Origin: Marsupella aquatica
Lineage: Eukaryota > Plantae > Marchantiophyta
NCBI GenBank assembly: GCA_973895155.1
Contig: OZ316897.1
Coordinates: forward strand, 8,517,832-8,581,831
Reading direction: 5' to 3'
DNA: 64,000 nt
Below the pieces are notes generated by a model that worked only from the letters and a program-made list of their open reading frames with translations, made no database searches and was not told where the DNA came from. Positions 36,301-48,699 of this stretch are shown in pieces. Positions within the stretch are counted from its first letter, which is position 1, and the number at the start of each line of letters is the position of its first letter. The position numbers were made by a program, and so were the translations under genes.

Positions 36301-39300
36301 CATGTTGTATCTCAACGTCAGTCCAGCTCATAATCATCAATCTTAACCTAACACTGCCATTAATCTAACAAAATAATATTTTGAGGTCTGCTCATTACTG
36401 CAAAAAGCACAACGCTATGAGAGGATAAAGACCCAACAAAGACACCCTAATTCAACATAATCTGCTTAAGATCTGCAACTGAGATCCCACCTATCCCTCC
36501 TGCATTAGCTTCAAGTGAACCTGTGTGCAATTGGTCCCCTTTACGCTTCAGCTGCGTGGACATCCGAAGGCAGGATTAAGAGGACAGACATGGGAACAGC
36601 AATGACGGAGTACAGGATGAATACTACAAAAGCTGAAGCAGAAAGTTGCTAGGCAAACACAGCTGCAGGTACAAAAACAAATCCAACTCTCATGGATCGA
36701 AATATAACTTTTCGCATCCTTTATCATAGGTTAAGTTTGATGAGCAAACTTACCTGGTCGTACATAGAATTATGCTCTGAGTCGACAGGCTGTAAAATGA
36801 AAATACTAGATTAGGCAGGATCTGTGAACTTCAGAAGTTAATAATCCTAACCCCAAAAACCTGACAGAACAAAACAAACGACGATGCAGCTAGATGGAAA
36901 CTATACTCAGCCATTACAAAGAGGTCTGCAAGAGTTACTTTCAAAGTAGAGCCAGTGTTCCCAGATGCAGCTCCATCTGCTTTAAAGCTTGAACCCAAAG
37001 CTCCACTGAAGTGCTTTGTCTTCTTTTTCTTTTTAGACTTTGAGCTCACAAATGTGTTATTGCTCCCACCCCCTGTAATATTCTTTATAACAGTAGCAGA
37101 GGCAGTAGCAGCAGCATCACCCTCGGTTCTTGGAGAGAAGGTAGCATCAGGCACATTGTTTACTTCCTCATGATTGGAATTCAATGCCCCAGACGAAAAT
37201 GTTGTTCTACTGGTTATGCCAGCTGGACTTGGAAAGGAGCTCGGGCTAGCAGTCCCCAATGACCGCTGCCTAGCTGTCCCAGAACGCATCCGCTTTGTGG
37301 GAATACTACCAACAATAGCACCCGTGGGAGTGCTACCAGTTGGTAAAGATCGTTTGGCAGTCACACCAGGAGACGGCAAAGTCCCTCCGGTGCCGAACCC
37401 TTCGGCAAATGGCGATGGACGTGGTAACCCAGATGATGGCAAGCCTTCCACTTTAGGAGCTGCTGACTTCAAAATATTCTTACGCTTTTTCTTCGCAATA
37501 CTACTATGTGGTAAACCACAAAATTGTCCCCCATCATCATCAACCCGAACTCCTTTCATTGGTGACGACAGACCTGTTAAAGATAGGCTTTCATCTGCAA
37601 TAAATTCTGAGGTGGCTACAGCCTCAGCAGCTGCCTGTGCCTCTGCTTCAGCCAGCGCAGCATTGTGATCTTGCAATGTCAGCTCATACTCCTGCACAAA
37701 CCGGCGTCAAGATTATTACTACATCGTAGTCTGAAACAATAATAGAAGCAACTCCGAGCACGGTTCCCTCCTCAGCAAATTTGGTCAAGACACACGCAGT
37801 TTCAGATTGATCTAGAAAATCGTTTTGCTGACTTTCAAAGATTCTATATTATGGTACTGATGCACTGTAAGAAGCTAAATCTGTGGAAAGGGAGCACTAG
37901 GTCGGGGACAAGGTGGTCATGGTAGTGGTGCTAGGGAAGTATCTTACAGCCTCCAGCAATGCTCTTTGTGTCTCGACCGAATGCCGATAAGCTTCAAAAG
38001 AACCGTTGGGTACTGTATAGCATAAAGGTTCCTGATCAACCAAAAGAGCTGTCAGTTCAACTCATGCGACTGCATCTAGACAATTTTTGAAGGCCAAGCT
38101 TAAAAATTGCTCATGAGAAATGAGAGCAAAAGGTTTTCAAAGGTGGCCCACGCCGTCCACCTACCACTGGACAGAACCGATCACGTGAATTTCAATAGTT
38201 TGTGACTATTTGGCAGCACAGACTGAGCAATTCACGGAACAAAGAGTAACAGAGAAAATGGGATTGGACAATTGCACAACATTGACAAAACACACCTCGG
38301 GAAATTGATCCTCCCACAGGGGATCTAAAGTACTGCTAGACTCAGAGGTGCGGTCCGGAGTTGAAGGGGCTTCTGCTTGTGCAGCTAAATCACTTCCACG
38401 AGACTCCCTGAGGAAACGCTTGGCATACCCTTGCACAGGTAAAGACCTCTTGCTCAACTTTTGCTTCGCAAGCTGTTGTGTTGAAGCCTGCCACAGAAAG
38501 AAGAAAACAGTTGGGGGGTTGGAGGCATTCTTAGTCATTCACAGACAGAAAACTGATCAAAATATCCTGAAGTGAACGTCGTTGATCTACTGTACAGCGA
38601 GACCTCATCAATACTCAGATTTCACACACAAATGAGAATATGAACTTATTTCTCAATGCTAAAACCACACCTCGCCAACCGGAGATTGGTCGACATCCAT
38701 GGGAACTGCTTCACCATCATCCTTCGCGTTGGCTGGCAGCTCCGCACCTTGACTGTTCGCAGCTGAAAACACTTGACCCTTTTCTTTATCTTTACAAATT
38801 GTCAACTCTATTGACCTCCAAAACTCCTTTACAGAATTTGCAAGAATACGAGCAACTTTCTTCTGCCTTCGCTGCAAATCAGTTTCCTGAAAGTCTGACT
38901 GCCCCTTAAGCTCAGCAATCCATCGACAGAATTGGGTAGCAGAAGCCATCTTGCATAACCGCTCCTGCAGTTATAGCATCGCTCTGACTTGTAAATAACC
39001 CTACGACTATATTGCAAATAAAGGCGAGCAACTTCTGGCTCATAGAATTTGTTACAATATAATCTTGAACTACGAAACCTTGACAACTGGAACGAAGAGC
39101 CATTTAACCACTTGCCCAGTACACCAAAAGTTCCAAACATCATTTCTCGTCACTAAAATATCATTTTCACGTGGTGCCTACAGGAGATGACCTTTCTCAC
39201 TCGCACGAGTTCAGGAAAGTAAAATGTACACGACCATTAACCCTAGGATGGAGTAGCGAACGATACCTGCATAAAATCATTTGCCATCCAAGCCATTTCT

Positions 39301-42153
39301 TCAAGTACGAAATCCCAATGGGATTTTCGCCTCATGGGTTCTGGCTCTGGTTTTCTTTTCTCCCATAACGCAGCGTCAGTTTTCCTTGCCTGAAAATAGC
39401 CACCCGCCAGGTGCAAACAACAACATATAAGATCTCCTGAAGGAAGAACAAGATAATGCTCGACGCGAATTGTCACAAAAGATTCAATCAACCCACCTGG
39501 ATGAGTCCTGCCTCTTCTAAGACATATTCTTCATGAGCCTTTCTAGCGTTGGCTGAGAGGTTTGCTTTATGCCTTTCTGCTTCAGCTATCACCTTTGGGT
39601 CTTTCTCCTTCTCCCAAGGAAGTATAACACCTGGAAACTTGTTTGAGGCTGTGATTGAACTTGGAGTACGAAAACCTGTTCGATTGGAACCTGCCGAAAC
39701 CGGAGTGGATTGCCCTTCAATCTTGACTTCTTCGTGTGGCAAGGAAATTACACGAACACTTTTCACATCATGGCCACTGTCAGCTTCGGTTTCTACACCA
39801 GACAACCTTGTCCCCGGTTCTGAGACCTCCTCAATCTTGACCTGCACCCGGGCAGGTTCCAGAGCTTTTTCGTTTGTCATCATTCTGTCACTCTTTGTGA
39901 GGTTCAATGCATCAGTGCTTGCTGTTGATGTCGTCTTTCTTGTGTTATTGCTTCTATTCGCAGATGAATCTAAGCTCATTGATGTGACTTGCAACGGACC
40001 AGATCCTTCAAGCTGAACGAACCTCTTATCATCAACTATGGGCACCGGAGTTGAATCACGGACATAGTTGGACGGCATGGTTGTACCTCTTTCTACGACC
40101 CTCTGAGCCTGAGAATCAGCAACTCGAATGGGTGACTTATTTTTATATTCACTCTTTGTAGCATGAGGACCCGATTGACTAGAAACTGAACTATTATCCC
40201 TCACCATGATGACAGCACTCTCATCCTTGACAGCGATAGGGAGGGGTCCTACTTTTTCTAAGGCTGCTGGGTTGTTACATGATACCTGTTTCAAGGGCTG
40301 TGACACAGCACTGCCCTCCCTTTCACCTACATTTTCCTCCAAACATGGAACCAACGACAAAGGGTCCAGCTTCTTCAAGTCAGCACATACCGACGAATCT
40401 TCTTTTACATTAGATTCTGTACACAAACTATCCTTTACATCACTATTCCGAGAAAGAATGACACAATCATCAATTGTAGGGTCACAGCTCAACGGGGGGT
40501 TCCTCGACTCAACGTCAGCATTTGCATCGGGCACATGCTTTGAAATGTTTTGCTCGGGCAGCTTCACAAGAGACAGGGCGGGATCCTCCTGATGGTCATT
40601 AGCCTTTGCAATTCGCAGGCCAGCCTTGTTGCAAGAAGTGTTAGGCAAAGGAAGATGAACTGGCAGTGGCTGCACACTCTTCTCCACCATACTCTCATTT
40701 CCTTTGAAGGCTTCGTCAGAGACTAGAGATCCTGCAGGAGGACCCTTGAGCTCAAACAATGGGGTTGAAGGGCTCTCGACAGCTTTCTCCACCTCCCTTG
40801 TCTGTGTGTACCCATTGCCGCCCCGGCTGCTTCTCGGTCTGTTTCTTCGAGAGAAGTAGGCCTGACCCTTCCCCACTGTTCTAGCACCGCTGGAGCTTTC
40901 ACTCTCCCGTTTCAAGGTCACATCTGCCTGAGAGCGCAAGAAGGTAGATCCGGTTCGTGGAGCTCGGAATTTCCCTTCCCAAGGCGAGGCGAGAGACTCG
41001 GAGGCAGTACTTGCGCCATCGTCACCAATACGATGATCCCCTCCTTCTGAAAGTCTACCTAGAAAGCAACTGGTACCCACGCTGTTTTCCAGAGAGTCCC
41101 CATTGGCAAGGGGATTCAAAGAATAGCCACCCTCCACCTCACTGCCATAAGAGAGCAAACAATCAGTCCTCTAGTACTAAGAAGGTCAAGTTTGCCAAAG
41201 CTCGTATATCCACTATGACAGAATCCTTGTCTTCAGTACCGACTGATATTTAAAATCATACGGTGAAGAACAATTACTGCAGCTAGGTGCCTACATGTGT
41301 AAAAGACGGTGAGGACTGTCTTATGAGCTAGTACAGTTTAGCTACACTACTACATTAGCAACCAGGACGAGGGATTTGACAGAAATATATCACTTGCATC
41401 TCTGCTACAGTTTCAGAAAACAAAAAGATCCCAAGTCATAGAACGACCTTGACACCAGTGGGTCAGCCAGTGGATCTGTTGGTGAATAAGGTGGGAGTGC
41501 ACAGGTTGCTGCAGTGAAGAAGTCCAGAGGTTCACCTCCCTGCAAACAGAGAGTACGTGAGAATCGCATCCACGATGAACACCATAATTTGAATCGGTGG
41601 GACTTAAAATTTCGCTTTCAGTTCATCTCATGACTGAGTAGCTATGCACGGCAGTACGAGATGACACAGGCATGAAAATCAGACTCACTTCAATTACTCA
41701 AAATTCCATTTTCAGAGTACTTCTGGGATACTCAAAGGCTGACTAAAAAATGAATAACATCAAAATATGATACCTATAGAATTTAACACCAGAAAATTAT
41801 AGCATCAAATTACCTAAACGAGAAAACATTATGATTGAAACCTACATGGTACATCAAATTCTCACTTGAAAAGGGTAGAACTTCACTATACTACCTTCTC
41901 TAGAAACTCCAACTCCCTTCTCCGCTCTTCTCGCACAGCGACCTCTCGCCTGAGTACATACAAACAAAAACCAAGACCAGCAAAATCATGAGAATCAAAT
42001 GCTGGTTAAAGATGTGGAAATTGCACACACAACCTAAGGCTGTCATATTCTTAGCACCACCAACCTGAGCTCTGCTTGTGCTTTCTCGATGGCTGCTCGG
42101 CGTGGAGAAGGTTCGTTTTCTATGGCGGCTGCAGCACCAGCTCCTGCGCCCAT
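30399..42153 (-). CDS. EAF1: Chromatin modification-related protein EAF1 (NuA4 scaffold; HSA + SANT/Myb + Q-rich tail), ~2337 aa from first AUG
   Basis: 21 exons: 42153-42065, 41949-41895, 41539-41448, 41141-39497, 39389-39267, 38964-38671, 38487-38296, 38031-37948, 37691-36939, 36789-36754, 36551-36491, 36295-36069, 35574-35518, 35190-35110, 34920-34780, 34598-34482, 34339-34248, 34010-33777, 33433-33025, 32872-30821, 30578-30399 (7014 nt, all GT-AG). Motifs: SPRRAAIEKAQAELR..REERRRELEFLEKGG, RRKSHWDFVLEEMAWMANDFMQER (HSA), PWSTIEDQAILALVHDLGPNWELVSD..IFRRPKQCKERHK (SANT), LPGIPKGSARVLLQRLQGPMEEDTLK. Confidence 0.95.
32131..32190 (-). repeat. CAG/CAA coding repeat (Q20 tract in EAF1)
   Basis: Mixed TTG/CTG triplets on the + strand. 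Confidence 0.9.
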
Positions 42154-43589
42154 GGAACCCTGCTCTGCATTGACTACGAGCCCTGACCCTGGCTTAACTC
42201 CAGGGTCTCCACTTGCTCGGGGTCCCAGCTCTGACACCACTCAATCCTGCACCTCGTCGTCGCCCTCACCACTTTCACCGCATCTTACATAGACTCTCCC
42301 ACCTGCCACTGTTACGCCACAAACATACACACACAGCATTGTCGACATCCTGGGATAAGAACTACAGAAATCATTTGAAAACAATTAGCAATCCTCTCTC
42401 TGTCAATTATACTTCATATCAGTGACCAGACGCACCGAGCAGCAAGATTAGACCACCGTGTTTCCAACATGACACTAACATACCCTCACACACAAGGGCA
42501 CACACACTGCATTGTTGATATCCTAGGACTGACAAAAATTACTAACCACAAAAGGATTTTATGAAATGTTTTTTTTTTTAATTTTAAATCCTCCCTCTCT
42601 TGAGTAAACTCCATAACCATTTCGTCCTAAAGACAACCAACAGCAAAAAAAAAAAACTCCTCTCCTTTCCCCCAGTCCCTCCCGCCAATTCCATTCGATC
42701 GAGATACCATGATTGTGCTACAGCCCACCCACCTCTTCTCACAGACATACATGTACTCAAACACATGCATAGATACACACACAGGCACACACAGAGTCCT
42801 TTGCAATCTCCATAATGTTGAACCCTAAATTCCACAGACAGAGAGCACGTGAACATTACCCTTACCGCGGACAATTGAGCTGAACTGTGCACTGCCGCTC
42901 CTCCTCGCGAAATAGAATGACACACCTGCTCTGCTTCCTCGCCCTGCTCCTCCCCCGACGCGCGCCACATCGTGGACTCCTCTCCTGTTCGAACAAACAC
43001 CATTCCCAGTGTCACTACGCCTACCACCACTCCTGTCATCGTCTTCCTCCCCTACCCCCTCTGCCCTTCCTTCTCCGTCCTCAGATAAAATCCTCTTCTT
43101 CGCGCACTTCCTCATTCCCTGCCAATTCTCATCGTCATCGTCCTCGTCTCCTCGTCCTCTTCCTGCGCAGCAGCACCGAACGCCATCGTTCTCGCTCGCT
43201 CGCCCTGACCTCCACTCCAATTCCTCTGTGCCCTTCCCCTCCCCTCGTCTTCGATCGGCAATTGGCTCCCGATCACGCACGCACACTACTACAGACAGCC
43301 CTAAATTACGGTACGTATGAACGAAAAACCGTAGTAGTATATGTCTCTTGCGTTCGTGCGTTCGTGCGCGAGAGAGAGTGAGAGAGAGAGTGATGTTGCT
43401 CTTGTTGCTGCCCGAGCAATGATGACGGACGGACGGACGGACGGGCTCTGGTCTGGTCTCAGAGTGCGGTGCTTCGCGCAAGGCACGATATTTCCACGGG
43501 TTTCTGCTCTCCTAGGGTGATTTTTTCGCTTTGCTTTGCTTGCTTGCTTGCGATCCGAGCCCAAGGCGATGCGATTGATTTCTCTCGTA

Positions 43590-43594
43590 CTCTC

Positions 43595-43632
<38 letters not shown>
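43590..43632. repeat. (CT)n/(GA)n microsatellite at the presumed EAF1 TSS/leader
   Basis: About 17 perfect CT units plus flanking imperfect units. Confidence 0.9.
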
Positions 43633-43637
<5 letters not shown>

Positions 43638-43799
43638 CTCGTCTCGCGCGATGGGATGCGGGCGAGCTCGCGACGGAGGGGAGGGGAGGGGAGGGGCGGG
43701 GCGGGGGTGGGTGTGGGTGACACGACGGCCGTAGGGAAGGGTTTGACGGCGGGGCTGATTTTAGCGACGGCGGGCTTGATTTTGCGACGGCAGAAGTTT

Positions 43800-44462
43800 G
43801 AGGGGCGACGGTGGGAGCGTGGGTGTGACGGCGATGGAGTTGATGGAGGCGACGGTGCACATGTGGAGTGACGGTAGTGGAGTTGACGAGGGAGACGGTG
43901 TGAGCTTGCGGGTGAATTTGGTGGAGTTGATGGAGCAGACGGTGTGAGCTTGCAAGTGACGGTGGTGGAGTTGATGGGGGAGACGGTAGTGGAGTGGATA
44001 CGGTAGTGGAGTGGATGGGGGAGACGGTGTGAGCTTGCAAGTGGCGGTGGTGGAGTTGATGGGGGCGACGCTATGTGCGGGTGACGGTAGTGGAGTTGAT
44101 GTGGGAGATGTTGTGAGCTTGCGGGTGACAATGGTGGAGTTGATGGGGGAGACAGTATGAGCTTGTGAGTGACACTGGTGGAGTTGATGAGGGTGACAGT
44201 ATGAGCTTGAGGGTGATGGTGGTGTAGTTGATGGGGGAGACAGTGTCAGCTTGCAGGTGACAGTGTGAGTGTGGGGTGATGGCGGTGAAATTGACGAGGG
44301 AGATGGTGTGAGCATGTGGGTGACGGTGCAAGTGTGGGGCAACAGTAGTGGAGTTGTGGGGTGAATTTGTGACTCTGAGGGTGTTGGTGCAAGTGTGTGG
44401 TGACGGTAGTGGAGTTGATGGGGGAGACGGCGTGAGTGTGGGATGATGGCGGTGAAGTTGAT
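43800..44462. repeat. G-rich ~44-bp minisatellite (~14 units) upstream of EAF1
   Basis: Consensus GACGGTAGTGGAGTTGATGGGGGAGACGGTGTGAGCTTGCAAGT. Confidence 0.9.
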
Positions 44463-44686
44463 CAGGGCAATTGTAGTAATACTTATCTATCCCACATGAT
44501 CTAGACTTAATCAACATACCCATAGTTTATTACCATGACTACACTACCCACCACATACCTTTGCAGATTTTGGGGCCTCATCACAGCAATTCAGTTAATT
44601 GTTTGTCAAGAAATGAGACATACTGTGCCCACGTGACCTAAAAATTGCCAAGCATGCCCCTAAAACATTTGCCCCAAGCGTGTCAA

Positions 44687-44810
44687 GCCCTGCCTTCAAA
44701 ATCTTCCCTAGTGCTCACTATCCAAACTAAGTTGAGTTCATGATGCACGCCCTGCCTTCAAAATCTTCCCTAATGCTCACTATCCAAACTAAGTTGAGTT
44801 CATGATGCAC
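44687..44810. repeat. ~62-bp tandem duplication
   Basis: GCCCTGCCTTCAAAATCTTCCCTA(G/A)TGCTCACTATCCAAACTAAGTTGAGTTCATGATGCAC x2. Confidence 0.9.
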
Positions 44811-47800
44811 ATTTTGAATGAGCCGTGAGAATAAGTTGCAAGGTCCCATTGGAGCTTTGGCATGCCTTCAAATTGGAGAGCTAATAGGAAAGTAAAAAAT
44901 CATGTCTCGTCTCCTAATGCCACTATTGCCTTGTTTAACGCAAGACCTAAGATTCAACTTTACTTCAAATGCAATCCGTCAATATTGCTTCTGATAAGAA
45001 CTTCTGCTTGTGCTTCCATTAACACTCCCAAAACAAGTGTGCGGACATCTATTGCAACCGGGGCTCTAATAAAATAAAAACCCACTTTTCTTGTAATCTC
45101 CAGGGGAAAGACAGTGGGCAACTATTATGGGTAACATGTCGGCAACTACCTTTTGATTAATTGCCTTGAACAAGATTTTCAACATCTGCAAATTCTATCC
45201 CAGTCTAGAATATGTTAAAAAAAACTTTTACCCTCCTTAAGATTTTGCTCCAGCCTATCCTATGATCATGTATATTAGCATTTGTAGGACAGGGCTTGCA
45301 TTTAAAACTTATATTGAATTGGTGTGTTGGGTACAGGGTAAAATTAATACCACCAAGACCTGTTGCCTTGCACATAGAAAGGTTTCCACATGGTAATTGA
45401 TAAATTCAAATGTCTTTCACTATACTTTGCACTCGCCAATTGTTTTGGACCGCTATACTTTTTGTTGCAAAATCAAACATGTTGTCAAACCCTGTGCCTT
45501 ATGGTCATGGACCACCCACCCGTTGTCTGACTGGACTAACCCTGCCTCCCAGGGTAGTTAACTACAAGAAACTATTGGAACCATGTGTGTGATCAAAGAT
45601 ATGTATTTTCATATGGTTTTAACCAAAATTGATACAAAAGTAAAATAAGGTGTTTACAGTACAAAAAATAGAGAAGATCTCTATTCAAACATTTTATAAA
45701 GTAAATAGATAATTCAACAGTTGGTAGGATGGTCCAGAAAAATAGAGAGTATTGCTTGGTTCAATTGTTTGTTAATTGGCCAGAAAACTTTGCCCACCTG
45801 CCCGGTAAAGGGGCAAACTGAAAGATCAGGTAGAAATACACTTCATGTATAATTACAGAGTTCCTTTAAGCTGCTGGGTATTTATATAAACTAGCCCAAC
45901 TACCAGTTCTTTGAACCCGAATAGAGATGAGGATAAAAACATTTTCACCTTTGATGACAATAGCTGCCCTCTTCACAAACAGCTCCCTAATCCATTGATA
46001 GACTCCCTCCACATGCGGCACTTAATTACTCCACTGACTCTCTTCACAGGTGGCCCTATTTTCAAATGCCATGCACTACTCCACCCCCATCCCCATTTTC
46101 CACCCTATCGCCCCTTAAGTCCTTCAACATAAATAGAGACCAAGAAAATAAAGAATCTTGCAATAAAAATGATAATATATTACTTTTGGTTCACTTTTGC
46201 ATTATCTCTATTTTTTGTCCACTTTATTTTTGTGTTTTGTCCTTATTGAGAGTTTGGTCTAGAGGCTTCACTCTACTCACTAACCTTCAAAAGTAACTTT
46301 GCATTATGCTTTATTAGTAAGATAATCAGTGATCTAAAGTACTTTCAATCATGATCTACTCCTGGCCATAATTTCTCTAGTAACAAACATTTTTGAATTT
46401 AGACTATAATTCCATTAATTTCTCTCGTAACATGTACTCTAGATTCAAAATTGTACCCTCATGCCCTTCATAAGTCTAGGTATGAGTCTACGTACCACAT
46501 GCAGAGTCTAGGTACAGGGAGCCCTTCATGTACATACAAGGGTCCTTCACGTGCATACAAGCTGATCCATGTCTACAGTGGAAGGTTTTGTCTTATGGGT
46601 CCTATCTGGTGTGTCCCTTACTCAATGCAAACTTAATGTCCTGTCCGAGGTGCAAATAAATTATTTAAATGGATTCTCCCCATCGCCTGTCTTCTTTAGC
46701 CTGTCGTTGGCATCTCAGGCATTCCTCTGTTTATGGTCAGCATTATGATGCAGCATTGGATTCCTATTCGCTGACCATAATTTCTGCTTATTGTACTCAA
46801 AGCAGGATTCATAGTACTGTACATCATTTGACTCTCGTTGGCGTCATCATATCCGAGGTCTAAGATGATTTTGTGCAGAGCATAAACATATATGTATATT
46901 CCAGGTTTAATGGACTAAGATGGTTTTGGGTAGAGCATACAAATAAATGTGTATTCCAGGTTCTGTTGGACTCCCCAAATCGTTACTCAAATGTGTATTT
47001 AAAATAAACTCAGTGATTTACACATACTAATTGGGTTTATCATAGTATGAAATGACATTGTACATCAAACACTGTCACATTTTTTATTTGCAATTACTGG
47101 GATGCAGACATTCGAGGGTGCCAAAAGCTAAATTTATCGTGAAAAGAAGAATGAAGGAAAGTGCTCCCATGAACCCTTCCACTAATTTTCCCTTTGTAGC
47201 CTTGATTTAATCTTACTTCATACACATCAAAACACTGGCCAAAGACCCATGGTGACTTTGTGGACAACCTTTATTCAGCCTTGATTTAACCCTACATTCA
47301 CACACATAAAAATGTAGGACACAGACCCCGTTGACTTTCTGGGTCATAGCTTTGTGATCCTTGATGGCGCTAGTGGTAGTGGGCTAGTGAGAGGAGAAAG
47401 CTACTTTCACTTTGCAACTACGTGGATTGTCAGTATGGTGGATTGTCTGTAAAACCCCCTATGAAAACACTACTTGCAATTCACTGTGTGTCTAGTGAGC
47501 TATGGTGGGTTGTCAGAAGTTAAATACCAGCAAAGACACAACCTTGGCAAATCAGTGAAGAAGAACTACTCGCAAATTAGTATTGGCAAAGTGGATATGG
47601 ATAATTGTTTTAACTGATAGTTTTCTGACCTAAACACAGAATCAAGGCTGCTAGAGAGAGGATTACAATATATGATGATGAAGAAGTCAAGGCCTCGGGT
47701 GCACAGTCTTGACACAACCTTTTAGGCATGAATACTACCCTGCCAGTAATCACACATCAAAAATACAGTCGAGAAAAGATTGACAATTCGTGAAGATGAA

Positions 47801-48699
47801 GAAGTGGAGGCCCCACAGGCACAGTCTTGACACAACCTTTCGGGCATGACTACTACCTTGCCCAAAATATGATAATAGATGGTGTGCACTCATCAAAATG
47901 TGATAATAGATGGTGTACACTCATGGATTTAAAGAGAATAATGATGTTTATCACGGTATGGAGTGATGTTGTACATACTATTTTGATGTGCAGATATGGA
48001 GGCCCATGACTACTATATATCATTATATTTTGATGTGCAAATACCGAGACCCATGACTACTGTATATCGTTGACTGCAAATCATTAATGCTCGTGCAAAA
48101 GCCACCTTGTAAAGCAAGATGCCACTGGCAAGCCATGAAAGCTAAAGTGGTGCCTGTCTATTCCACTATAGTTTTGCTTTACACACCAGTTATCTGTGAA
48201 ACGTTTGTGAGGAGCGCACTCAAACCTCACCAGGAAGGGAATCCAAGTCCCCACCAGCACGGCGTTGGACTTGAAAAGATTGCAGGACAGACAGATCCGT
48301 GCTGGAGGAATCTTCACCGTCAAATTCGTTGTTCGCCAATGGTTTCCTGATAGCCTTGATGGTTCCCGGCATGAAGGAATTTTCAGAGACATGTCTAGTG
48401 GAGGTTTGATCGGACAATTAGACGATACGAACATATAGTGGCCAGAGCTCTGGGTCATCAAATAAGATCAGTGGGGGCCACCATGAATTTGTTTCGGGGT
48501 GGCTAAGTAGCTCAGAACACGCATGGTAAAATAGTTCACTTGTGAAATCTGCATGTAGTTGGATTTGGAGTCAGAAAGTGCCTGTAGATTGCTGCGTAGC
48601 GGATCTGAGTTTCGTTACTTTTTACTAATCTCCTATAACTTTTTGAGAAGATAAGGTAAATCTTCTTACAAAGCAATAATGCTGATCAGACCACTCCGT

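Noticed and set aside
30834-41253. Plus-strand ORFs antisense to EAF1 exons
   Set aside because: Shadow ORFs of a long, low-complexity coding strand
43301-44523. Extensin-like P/S/T/H-rich ORFs (276, 193, 193, 150 aa)
   Set aside because: Open in several frames because of the C-rich minisatellite strand; the 44-bp unit is not a multiple of 3
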